Origin: Lama guanicoe
Lineage: Eukaryota
Assembly (NCBI GenBank): GCA_013239625.1
Contig: MU053881.1
Span: 13,630,373 to 13,694,372, forward strand
Length of the DNA: 64,000 nucleotides
Direction: 5' to 3'
Every line of letters begins with the position of its first letter. The first letter of the stretch is position 1. A model generated the notes under the pieces. The model was not told the origin of the DNA. It saw only the letters and a list, made by a program, of their open reading frames with translations, and ran no database searches. Positions 53,200 through 64,000 of the stretch are shown here, piece after piece. A program made the position numbers and the translations under genes.

Positions 53200-53580
53200 A
53201 AATAAAATCCAGTGTAGCTAGTTTAAAGAGAAAGAGACTTATTTGGCTTGCAGAATTCTTGGGAGGACTGAAGAACAGACCGTAGGCTGAGCTTTTAGAT
53301 ATGCTTGCCAGAATCACAGCCCAGCCCTGCACTGGCAAGGTGTGTACTGCTCCCAGAGGAGTATTGTGACTGCCTGCTGAATAAACGGGTTCGTGTTCTA
53401 GCTGCTAGACCGAAACCACGCTGCCTCTCAGGTAGGCTGTGCTGATAACAGAGATGTTTCGTCTCTCTCTCTCCACTCAGTTCGGTTCTGAATTCAGGTC
53501 TCCAGCCGGTGCATCTGATTGGCAGAACCTGGATGACACGCAGAGCTGTAGACAGACGTGATACTGGGCAATGCAGTTAA
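53200..53580 (-). mobile_element. MaLR LTR remnant (MLT1-like)
   Basis: agctagtttaaagagaaagagacttatt...gtgcatctgattggcagaacctggatgacac. Confidence 0.5.
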
Positions 53581-53797
53581 GTCAGTCTCCAGGACTGGGC
53601 AGAGCAGCCCATGTCTCTAACCGTTCCACGTATCATTTCCTTGTTTATAACCGTAACAAAGTGAGTGTGTTTCTCTTCGTATTATAAATAATTTATTTGC
53701 AGTAATTCTATCCTTAATAAATCCTACCTACTAGTTGATGTGCTCTCAGTGGACATTTGTTATTTTCTTTGCCTGCCCCATATCGGAACCCTATATT

Positions 53798-54066
53798 TGA
53801 TCTGCTGTCACTGTCCTGAAATTCTTTTTTTTTTCTGTTTTAAAATGTACATATATGCACTGTTCATTGTTTGTAAGAACAGTTTAGAGCTTTAGCTTTT
53901 TAAGCTTACATAGTTATCGAAGGAATAAAGCCAACCACAAAATAAAAATCAACAGAACGCAGTAATCCAATCATAAGGGACTCACTGTCCTGAAGTTCTT
54001 AATAATTTGTGAGCAAGGGGCCCCTCATTCTAATTTTGCACCCCACAAATTAAGTCCCCAGTTCTG
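53798..54066 (+). mobile_element. MER91-like hAT remnant split by the retrocopy
   Basis: Removing the insert rejoins tctgctgtcactgtcctgaaattcttaataattt..gcaaggggcccc..attttgcac..cccacaaatt, which resembles MER91. Confidence 0.65.
53825..53981 (-). pseudogene. Short retrocopy (3' end of an unidentified polyadenylated transcript) with 19-bp TSD
   Basis: Poly(T) at 53825-53834, about 150 nt of sequence unlike any repeat I recognise, and TSD tcactgtcctgaa(a/g)ttctt at 53808-53826 and 53982-54000. Confidence 0.8.
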
Positions 54067-55344
54067 CTCTCAATCCCTCTGCAGTAGACATGCTGCACTG
54101 ATAGCAGAAGGCTGGGCACTGGAGTTGGGGCCAGGAGATGCTTCCTAGCATGGGAACATGACCTGGGACTCAGCCCGCTCTTTGAGACGACTAATGAACC
54201 ATCCGTGAATGCCGAGTCTCTTGGTTTGGTGGTCTGATCTCTCTTCTTTCTTACCTTTTAACCCTGGAAGAGCAGGATTTTCCGTTACATCTTATTGATG
54301 TCTGCAGCCAAGTTCTGTGGGTCAGTACCCGTTTTCCTTCTAATTGGAGAAATAATCCAGACATGTTTACTAGATCTTGCCTATATAAAAGGAGAGAAGG
54401 GGACTCTTGATGTGGTGTCCCAGTTTTCCCTCTGGGCATGATTCCTAATGCTAATATTACATAGTCTTTATTGGCTATGAGCTTAAGTTCTCTTTGCCAT
54501 GTAAGAATTCAGAATTTACATTTTAATTAGAACAAGGTCTTTTTCTATCCTGTGAAAATATTCCACATTCTACCTACCCTTACTCCCACCGCTCCACCCC
54601 AGGAATGTGTATCAGTGATTAAAGAAACTAAGTGAAAGCTGCTTTGCAAAAAGTCTACCCTGCTAATGCATCTCTGAAATCACAGAGTTTTAAAAACCTG
54701 TCTTGTTAAATTGACCCACTCTTCTTACCAAAAAAAAAAAGAGGGCATGGTTTGCCATTTTATAGCATATGCTCCTGCTTAACAAAGTTAGTTGAATCAA
54801 ACCTGTCAAATGCCAAAGTGGAGGGTATTAAATTTCAACAAAATGTCAGGAGAGATGGGGAAACTGGTGAATTTAAGAAAATCTGTCCTAAAGATTGCAT
54901 TGCATGTTTCTTTCTGCTTAACTTGAGGTGACATATGGAAGTTTAAAAATATAACCTAATGATGTGTCTTTATGGTAAGAAGTTTACATAACCTAATTGC
55001 CACAAAACTGTCATTGCTGGTTAATTTATTAGAGTAATAAAAATATGTTGTGCTCTTAGAACTTAGCTGGAATGAATTCTGGCTAACAAGACTGATGGGC
55101 CCTGAACCACAAATTTTCTGTTTTTGACACCTGTTTGAAACCTGAGAAGATGCACGTGGTTAAGTGTGGGTATAATATTCTTAAAACATTTTCCTCGGAG
55201 GCCTGGTGTGGATGCAGGGACATCAGTAAGTTCAGGACAGTGCTGAGAGCCTTCTGTTACACATGGGAGAAGCCTGTATGTAAAGGGTTGGAGAAAAGAA
55301 ATAGAGATTAATGTATTAGCTCTCAGATTCCACCCCAAATTATT

Positions 55345-55740
55345 TTTGGATTTTTTTTTGAAGTAACTTTAGATTCACAGAAAATCTACAGAGATAGCAC
55401 ATAGAGTTCCCTCAGGTTTTTTACCCAGCTCCCCCTAATGTTAACATTTTTTCAAAACCACGATGCATTTATCAAAACTAAGAAATTAGCATGGTTAAAA
55501 TCCGATTGGCTAAACTAGTTTTTATTCAGATTCCACCGGTCTTTCCACAAATGGCTTTTTCTCTGAGGCTTCAATCCACACGTTGCATTTGGCCATCACA
55601 CCTTGTTCTCTTTCAACATGACAGTTTCTCTGTCTTTCTTTTGGTTTCATGACCTTGGCACTTGGGAAGAGTACTGGTCAAGCGTATTTAGAAAGTCCTT
55701 CAACTTGGGTTTGTCTCATATTTTCTCATGATTAGACTGG
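55345..55740 (-). mobile_element. Ancient L1MC-like 3' region
   Basis: tttagattcacagaaa...catttatcaaaactaagaaatta...tcatgaccttggcactt..gaagagtactggtca...ttgggtttgtct. Confidence 0.7.
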
Positions 55741-56038
55741 TCCACTGAAACATTTAATTTACTTCCTTAAGAAAGTACACAAAATCCAGTAAAGTGGACT
55801 CCAAGGAGGGGAAGAGCCAGGCTGTACTGAGGTATTTCCATTTGAACAGGTAAAGGCCAATATGATGTAACAGGACTAATCGTCTATTAGTTTGCACATT
55901 GGTTTCTGTTTATTATATGGAAATTTTATTTCACAGCAAACTTTCTTCAAAGGAGAATAATACCGAGTAATATGTGCCAGGCACCATGCTTTATGTATGT
56001 TGTCTAATTTTATTATCAAAGTGACTCTATGAATTAGA

Positions 56039-56039
<1 letters not shown>

Positions 56040-56072
<33 letters not shown>
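56040..56072. repeat. (ATT)11 microsatellite inside a MIR remnant
   Basis: Perfect trinucleotide run seen directly. Confidence 0.95.
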
Positions 56073-58784
56073 GCCTTCCTTATCTTGGAGTAGAGGAAAT
56101 TTAAGCCCAAGAAAACTTTCAAGAAGTTCCCAGTGGCACGACTTGTAACGCCTGTGAAATGCATCCTTAAACCTATGTCTTTTTTACTCTAAAATCCATG
56201 CTATTTATTCATTTAGCCATAAAAATTGAGATCCTCTGTAATTTGTTCCTCCTTCTCTGAGAGGAGCCCATATAAAATATTGTAATCAAGATCAATTCCA
56301 GAGATTTTTAATTGAGTTATCCCAAATACTGATATTGTATTGTTGAAAACTTCTATGGAAAGCTTCCTTTCATCAATATTGAAAAAACATACTCTAAAAC
56401 ACTTCCTTTATCTCCCAGCCCTAGTCATCCTCTTCTTCCTCCTCCAGTTTCCCTTCTCCTCCTTTGTCTCCTTCTTATTCTCCTCCTCCTTCTGCCTTCC
56501 TCCCCTCCCTCCCCCTCCCATCTCTTCCTCTCTCTCTGTACGCACACATATGCATCATGTGTGTATTTATATCCATCTACCTATAATCTATCTACTATCT
56601 ACATAGTTACCTAAGAATATAATACTGAATATGAGATCTATGAAGAATCATGTTTTCAAAACAAATCTCATTAATTAGTGAAATTTCCTTGCATCAGCAC
56701 CAAGACGATATTGAAGTCCAGATTTTTTGCACACTTTTAATATGAGTCAGTAGAAGAAAGGACTTAATACCTTAGAAGTTTATTTATCTACAGTGTTGAC
56801 ATGGTGCATCCTACTAAATTGGATGATCTGGATGACAACGCATTAGTAAAACTGTAACCTCTAATAGTTTTAAGCATTAACTTGGATGCATCAAATCTCG
56901 TGCTGTTCCCTTGGTCTATTGTTAGAACCAGTGCACTGAATTGAGAGCTCCATATTGTCTAGTTCAAGAATTCAGTTTTACAGATAAGTAATTAATATTT
57001 TCAGAGTCATTGAGCTGGTTAATGACAGAATCAGGGCTGGAACATTGTGTTATAAATCCCCTCCTTCTTGATATTGTATGATTCTGAAAAAAAAAAGTTA
57101 GATATTGGTAAAAAAAAAAACTTTCTATTTATTCTGCACATGTGATTTTAAGGGAGGAATTATCCAAGGCCAATAGTACACCACATAGGTATTATATATA
57201 ATTTTATTTCCATTTTTACCAAAAGTACAGCAAAATTAGTATATTTTTATTAGCATAGTTAATAAACACATCGCCATTGAAGACAAATAAGAATTTAAGG
57301 ATGGCCAAAGATTTGGTGATACATTGAAATTTATGGTTTTTGATTGGCACTGAAAATATTTTTGAAAATCTAAGACATCATCTGATTTTGTGGAGGATGT
57401 TACATGGCATAAGACTGATTAAGTGCATAATGGCCAATGTGTCTCATGTTATCTGTCTTCTAGAGTTAAAATAATCAAGAATATTGCTTATTTCTATAAG
57501 ACAGCTTTGGGCCAACAAAAATGTGATTTGTATAATACAAAGTCAGAATCACAAGCAAATTATGTATCTCAGTTTGAAAAATATGGATAGGCTATAAATA
57601 ATAAACTTGTGGGGAAATTCATCTTTGAATGGTTATTTTTAACATGTTAGCAGACTAATTTTTAAAGTCCTTTACTGTTGACATACTGATGAATGTTGTT
57701 TTGAAAATCTTTTCTGCTGAATCTTCCTGAAATACTTTTTACAAGTTGGAATCAAGGGAAGGCAACTAATCTATGTGTCATATATAGATACGCTGTGCAC
57801 GTAGTAAAATGACTTTAGAAGAATATGTGTTGAAACACAGTTTCCCACTATCTCAAATCCTCCCATGGTTTCTTAGAATTATGGCCAACAAGTTTGCTCC
57901 TAGTGGACCAAGACCAACTTTAAATGGAAAGATACGTGTTTTAGTTTGAGAGCTTAAATCATAGCTCTATTGTCTTTGTGCTAACCAAACTACATTTTGG
58001 ACTTTGTCTTTCCAGATATGCTATTGGCTTTATGTACCAGTTTTATAAGGTTTTATTTAGATTAAATCCTTAAAGCTGTAGGATTTGTCTATTGATATGT
58101 CAGTTTAATCACATCTGGTTCATTTTTTAAAAGTGTGACATTTAAAAATCTCTAGATATGCTACATTTTAGTAGTTTATTTATTTAAACTAAGCATTTCT
58201 TATGTAATATTACATTTGACTTCGGGCTTCCTAGGTTCCAGTGTTAAGTTTAAGCTGTACAGTTCTTTCCTAAAGGAAAACGGTTGACATGAAAGAGGGA
58301 GCATTAGGAAGATGGATTCTGTGTGCTATAGATACTCTGTACCCTCCACACAGCTAATATACACCAGTGGTTTTAATATGCATGCTTTATGAGTCTGTAA
58401 AATCCATCATAGGACTGCGTTTGACAAAAAAATAAAATTTTGACAATGTAAATCTTAGAAAAGTTTTAGGTTGCTTTGACAGCCTCAAAAAATACATTCT
58501 CAACAGAATGAACTAGGAAACATCAGGCTGGGAGAGGCTTGAGTGAGTCCGGCCTCTTGGTTCCCCAGGAGAGATCTGATACTGTTGGTCCTTTGCCTGT
58601 CTTGGTTGAGAAACTGCCAGGACACAGGAGACACCAAGTGGGGGTGAACAAACCTCTTATACCAGCAACCTCAACACAATGTACATTGTCAGGAAGACAC
58701 TCTGCAAATATTCACAGTGAGAAATTCACAAGGCCAAGGACAGAGGGAGCCTAGCAGCCAGTGCCTGCCACAGGATTAGAAAAT

Positions 58785-59740
58785 GGACATTTTATTTTAT
58801 TTTAATTACAAAAGATCACATTTGTATTTGTCTGTCATATATAAAGATAAAAAGTAAAATATAAAAATTTTCAGCCTTTTCTCCTGCCCTCCAGAGATAA
58901 CCAGAGTTAATAGACAACTATACAACTTTTTTCTGTGCACACTGCTCCGTTAACCACGCTTTCGGTGTTATATATGTCATGGAATCCTTCAGTGTCATTA
59001 CTAATAGATCTCACTCAGTTTTTTCAATACTTACCTAATATTGCGTGATATGGACGTGCATAAACTGTTCAGTCTTTATCCTGCTGATGAACCTTTAGGT
59101 TCCCTCCAAGTGTTTACTGTTGTATGCAGTGGCGTCAATGAAAAGCACTGTCCACCTGTCTTGTTACTCTTTTGCAGTCTTTAGGATATTAGATGAATGG
59201 AACTGAATTTTCTGGCTGAATGGTATATCTCCACTTAAGATATTCATAGAGACCACCATATTGCTCTCTAAAGAACTGTGTAGATCGTAAACTTACAGCA
59301 TATTTGATCAGTATTAAGTGTTTTTTGCCAGTCTGATGGGTAGAGACTGTTTTCTCTAATTAACTTGCATTTTGCCCTGACCACTAGTGAATTTAAATAT
59401 CTCTTCAAGTGCTGATCAGATATTGACATTTATTCTTCTGTCAAGTTTTGACCAATATCATGCTAGTGTTTCGTCTTTTTAAAATGCTTCCTTCTTTTTA
59501 TTCAGGGAAGGTTCATAACCTTTTGTCCCATATTCACAAAGACTCTCTTAAGTTCGTCATTTGTCTTTTCATTTGACTTATGGTGAATTTCATTACAGAG
59601 AAGCTGCCTTTTTTATGTGGTCTATTGAGCTAGTCTTTGGCTTCCTTACTTTTAAGTGTTGTGTTTTTCTCATGGTATTTTGCTACCCCAAGGTAATAAA
59701 AATATTTTCTGTATGATCACATATTTTCTAAAATGTTGGT
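58785..59740 (-). mobile_element. Ancient L1ME-like fragment
   Basis: ctccagagataacca...ctgatgaacctttaggtt...tttttgccagtctgatgggt...ttgcatttt..ctgaccactagtga. Confidence 0.6.
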
Positions 59741-60314
59741 ATAACCCAGTATTTCCGTAACAAGTTCAGTTTTTTATGTCTTTTGGCAGAATTTTAAATG
59801 GAGGTCAGCCTCCCAGGATGTATCAGAAATAGTCCAATCACAGGAGCAGAGGGAGTTGACAGTCTAATGTTAGCAAGTACGTATAGTGTTTTGGGGTGCC
59901 GAACTAATATTTACTTTCTGGACCGTCTTTAATCTAGAGACAGCTGAATAATATTAAAAATGTCTTTAAGCTGTTGATGTGGCACTACATCACAGTAAGC
60001 TCCTTCAGGCTGGGAGAGTCTGTGTGGAAGACCACGTCACTGTTTAAAATGTTGGCAGAAATTCCAGAGTTAAATAAATCCATAAGGGCCGCTTAGGTTA
60101 AGTGCAAATTTCAGATGGTGAAAATGATTGTTTGGGGCCCCACTGCATCAAACCACAGGTTGGTAGAAGCTGTCTGGTGGTCTATTTTGGCAGAATAATT
60201 TGATCATGAAGGGAGAGCAGCAGAAAGGAAGCAGTTTCAGTTGGGAATGTTCAAGAAATATCCAATGAAATCCAGGGATTTATGCAGCTTTTGAATGTGT
60301 AAGTTACATCCCAC

Positions 60315-60355
60315 CACACAGACAGACAGACGCGCGCGCGCGCGCGCGCGCACGC

Positions 60356-60390
<35 letters not shown>
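60315..60390. repeat. Compound microsatellite (CAGA)3-(CG)10-(CA)15
   Basis: (CG)10 at 60331-60350 and (CA)15 at 60361-60390 seen directly. Confidence 0.97.
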
Positions 60391-60396
<6 letters not shown>

Positions 60397-62591
60397 ATAG
60401 GTAACCATTATTAAAAGCTAATGATACGACAAGCACTGCTGTATACGCTTTACTTGACTTAATCTTACTTGATCCTTATGATAAGCGAATCAACAAGACT
60501 GCTATTTTTCTCATTTTGTGGGTAAGGAGGTGGAAGTTTAACAAGGTACTTCACTCACCTAGGCTGGCACAGGTGGAGTGAGGGAGGCGGTTTGGACACT
60601 GGCACTTTGATTCCAGAGCCCAGGTGCACAGCCACAGCGCAGACCACCAGCCCCCTCCGAACAACTCCAATCTGAAAAACTGACAGGGAGCATTTGCGTA
60701 GCACTTCAGGTTTGTCTGAGTTAAATTTCGCAGACTTCTTCCCATTTCAGCACGGCACAGTATAAACATTCAGTTAATACTTGTTGACTTAGTTAAAGAA
60801 CTTTGCTTTCAGATTTTGTGAGTGTGGGGGTTCCTAAACTACTGAATGCTGCTGACAAGCTAAGATCAATGTTTCTGTTTTCCATTTTGCCACTCAGAAC
60901 CTTTTCTCCCACCTCTAAAAAAATAAAATAAAATAACCAACCCTCAAACACTAAGGAAAATGTAAAGTGACTATTTCAAACATCAGTAACTAAGACTGTT
61001 TGTTTGCTTCGTAAAGAATTTTTCAAATGAGAAGACCTCTTTCTGTGTATCGCCCCTACTGAGAAATAAATGAGGAGAGAAAAGTTTTCTGGAGAAAAGT
61101 GTTCACAGAGAACTGTTCATAAGAGACTTTGCAGTAAAGATTTCAAAAATGATCGATGTGCTAGAATTCAGTTAGAAGTATGTGCAGAGTGTGTAGAGAT
61201 ACAGATACACCTGGCAGATATTTGGAAATACCCATCCCAGCTTTTGTGATGGGGGCTCTTAGCTTATATTTAAAAACAAAAAAGAGGAAATAAGAGACCT
61301 GTAGCTTTCTGGAAAAGGTTAGAAATGCCTAGCAGCTCCAGTTGGGTTTTGCTCATTCTCCAGTTGACTTCACGGGTGTCTGGGCTGCGGTATGTGAAGG
61401 GGCAGCAGGTGTACTACCATTTTGAGAGTAGAAGATCAAGGGAACAGCCTGGAGGATGAAAGAAAAAAAAATCCTAGCCAAAGTCAAACGAAGCCCACCT
61501 TCTCTTTCCTGCACCCTCAGTGCTGTACAAGAGACGGTTCTCTTCCCAGCTCTCAGGATTGGGATGTTGGGCGGGATGGGAGGGAAAACATAAACTCCGT
61601 GAGGAAAGACCGCATCTGTGTGGCTCCCCTAGTACAGGGCCTGCCTTGGAGGAATCATTGGATACATATTCGTTGTTGGCTTAAGAAAACTCTTCTCTCA
61701 CTTTGTCCCTGGGCTTTGGCACAGTTACCCTCCATAATGCAAACTGTCTCAAGAGCCAGAGTTGCCTTCCAAGAGAGAGCTCATTAAGAGCTGAGATCGT
61801 CTCCTATCCGTAGCAATACGTGGACTTACATTCCTGGCACATGGCCCGTGCTGTCAGTAAAAAGGCGATGGATGAATCAATGGATAAATAAGTGAAATTG
61901 ATCACTTATACTTACCACTCAAGGAGCCCTGGACAAACTCTTCACTTTCCTATGAGATCTTAACTTAATTATATGAAAGACAAACTGAGAAGTATGTTCC
62001 AGTCCACTCCATACCCTCTACCAATTAACACCATCACATAACAGATGAAAACTCCAGACACCCAGCTACATTCTAATAAGTTAAAGATACTAAGATGTGT
62101 AGGAAGAAGATCCCTTTAAGAATGCATTCTTTATTCCACTCTTATAAGAGGTTAATTTTACAGTTGCCTCTGCAATTAAACCGTTCCATCTCTTTAATTA
62201 TCTAGTTGACTGCACATCTTTCTAAGGAAATGATTCTTGAATTTGGAGAAACTGAACTTTATCAGAATTTGAGAACCACCATAATACATCTATATTCTGT
62301 AACAAATTTTTGCAGAAAACCTCAGAGCTTTTGCTGAGCCCTTGAAGACTCCCCCAATGTTAAGGAGCTTTATTATAGATGAGAAAATTTTAACACTGCG
62401 TATTTGATGTTATTATATATAATTATTTTTTATATATCATAATATCATAACGTGAGGCTAATTTATTGGTGTTTTGTTTAGATGACATGATGGTTGCCTC
62501 AAAATATTCTGAGGTGAGGAAGAAGGCTGGATGAAGGTTAGCACTGCTCAATAAAAAGTTTCAATGGTAGAAATGTTCAGCTGTTTTGCAG

Positions 62592-62742
62592 AGCCGCACT
62601 GTCCTGTATGGTCCTCACCAGCCACACGCAGCTGTTGAGCCCTTGAAATGTGACTAGTGTACCTGAGGAACGGAACTTTGTGATGTTATTTAACTTTAAT
62701 CAATTAACAAGTGGCAAGTAGCTGCTACACTGAACAGCACAG
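62592..62742. mobile_element. MER3-like hAT remnant
   Basis: gcactgtcc..tatggt..ccagccaca...ttgagcccttgaaatgtgactagtg...acactgaacagcacag. Confidence 0.65.
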
Positions 62743-62889
62743 AAGCAGATAAATGCAGCTGGCCACGCAGTGATGATGCTTAAAGCTGGGTGATGGGAAT
62801 ATGACTGTCACTTAAACTGTTGTCTTGATGATGGGTTTGGAATAGTCCACAATAAGCCAGTAACAGAAGGACAAACACTGTTAAGATTT

Positions 62890-63150
62890 TACATGGACGA
62901 GGTCTCTAAGATAGTCAAAGTCGTAGAAACAAAGTTGGATGGTAGTTGCCAGGGGCTGAGGGTTGGGGAAATGGGGAATTCACATTTAACAGTTTAAAAA
63001 GTTTCAGTTATACAAGATGAGTAAATTCTAAAACTGTGCTCTACAACATTGGGCCTATAGTTAACAAAACTGTATTGTACACTTAAAAATATATTAAAAG
63101 GGTATATCTCGTATTAAATGTTCTTACAACAATAAAAATAATAATAGTTT
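62890..63150 (+). mobile_element. L1MA/MB-like 3' end
   Basis: atggtagttgccaggggctgaggg...gtttcagttatacaagatgagtaaattcta...actgtattgtacacttaaaaat...AATAAA. Confidence 0.8.
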
Positions 63151-64000
63151 TCTAAAATTGAAAAACTACTAAGAATATTGAGGGTAATCCCCCTTGAATA
63201 GACAAAAGGAGAGGGAAAAATTAAGTCTTTAAACCTGATTTCTTTTGATGTTCACACACACAGAGCTCCCTCTGAAGGATGAGGAGAGGTTGGTTGGATT
63301 CTTGGCGGCCTGTCCTCAGAAGAGGTTGCCAGGAGACTGAAGCAAAGGGGTGCACGGCAGGGCTGGTTGGCTCGGGGTCTCCACGGAGTTGCTTGAGTGG
63401 AAAATGGAAGCTTGGTCTGTCAAAGTGCAGAGAAGGCCTGTGTGACCAGTGTGCAGAGTGAGTGTGGAACTGGGATTTAGAACCGAGCCCTGGGGTTGCC
63501 ACTCCTACTTAGTAGAAGAGACAGAAACATAACGCTGTAAAAGCCATGAATAGGATTAGATCCTTACAAGTCACGTGACAGTGAACAGGGCTGGGAAGGA
63601 GCACGACCTGGGCTGAAAGGTGATGGAGGACGCGTGGAATCAGAGTGATATTAAGTGGTTATTTACCCGGCGAGGAAAGAGCATGGTTCAGAATAAGCAG
63701 AAGTATTATTGATATGGAATCGTTCACTTACAGGATTAACGACTGTGACCCAAATAGAGGATTGTAAAAGCTCAGGCTATAGCCAGTAGAATCAATGGAG
63801 GATAAATGGGTGTGTGCTGGACTAGGAGATGGAGGGGCTTTGATTTTGCACCCCCTCGGATCTGATGCGTGTGTAAATAACTTTGAGAAAGTCTCTGATG
63901 AAATATGTCCTTGTGCCATAACAACGTACTGGCCAAGCTTTTCAGGTTGGCCCTAGAGGCTAGAGCTCTTCCTGGCAGGGAAGGGGAGCTGAGCCACGTG

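Overview
Mammalian (very probably camelid: alpaca/llama/camel) nuclear DNA lying entirely inside the GABA-A receptor beta-2 subunit gene (GABRB2), transcribed on the + strand. Only two coding exons are present: a 221-nt exon (5663-5883, [25 protein letters not shown]...LYGL) and the 83-nt Cys-loop exon (40511-40593, [27 protein letters not shown]), which splice in frame across a 34,627-nt intron. The rest is intron, with a 343-nt assembly gap (1034-1376), ancient repeats (MIR, L2, L1M, LTR16/LTR33/MLT, hAT MERs), young 5'-truncated L1 insertions with target-site duplications (TSDs), two Vic-1-like tRNA-derived SINEs and microsatellites. The other ORFs in the track are chance ORFs or L1 remnants. 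I found no new protein-coding or prokaryote-type system. The most interesting items are a TSD-flanked, polyadenylated, non-repeat retrocopy (53808-54000), near-identical inverted L1 ends bracketing each exon, a perfect 18-bp-stem hairpin (49964-50009), an exact 30-bp dispersed doublet, exact 58- and 18-bp tandem duplications, an isolated L1 ORF2 sliver, a (CG)10(CA)n Z-DNA tract and a few candidate neuronal enhancers. Repeat family names come from remembered consensus sequences, and boundaries of old repeats are approximate.
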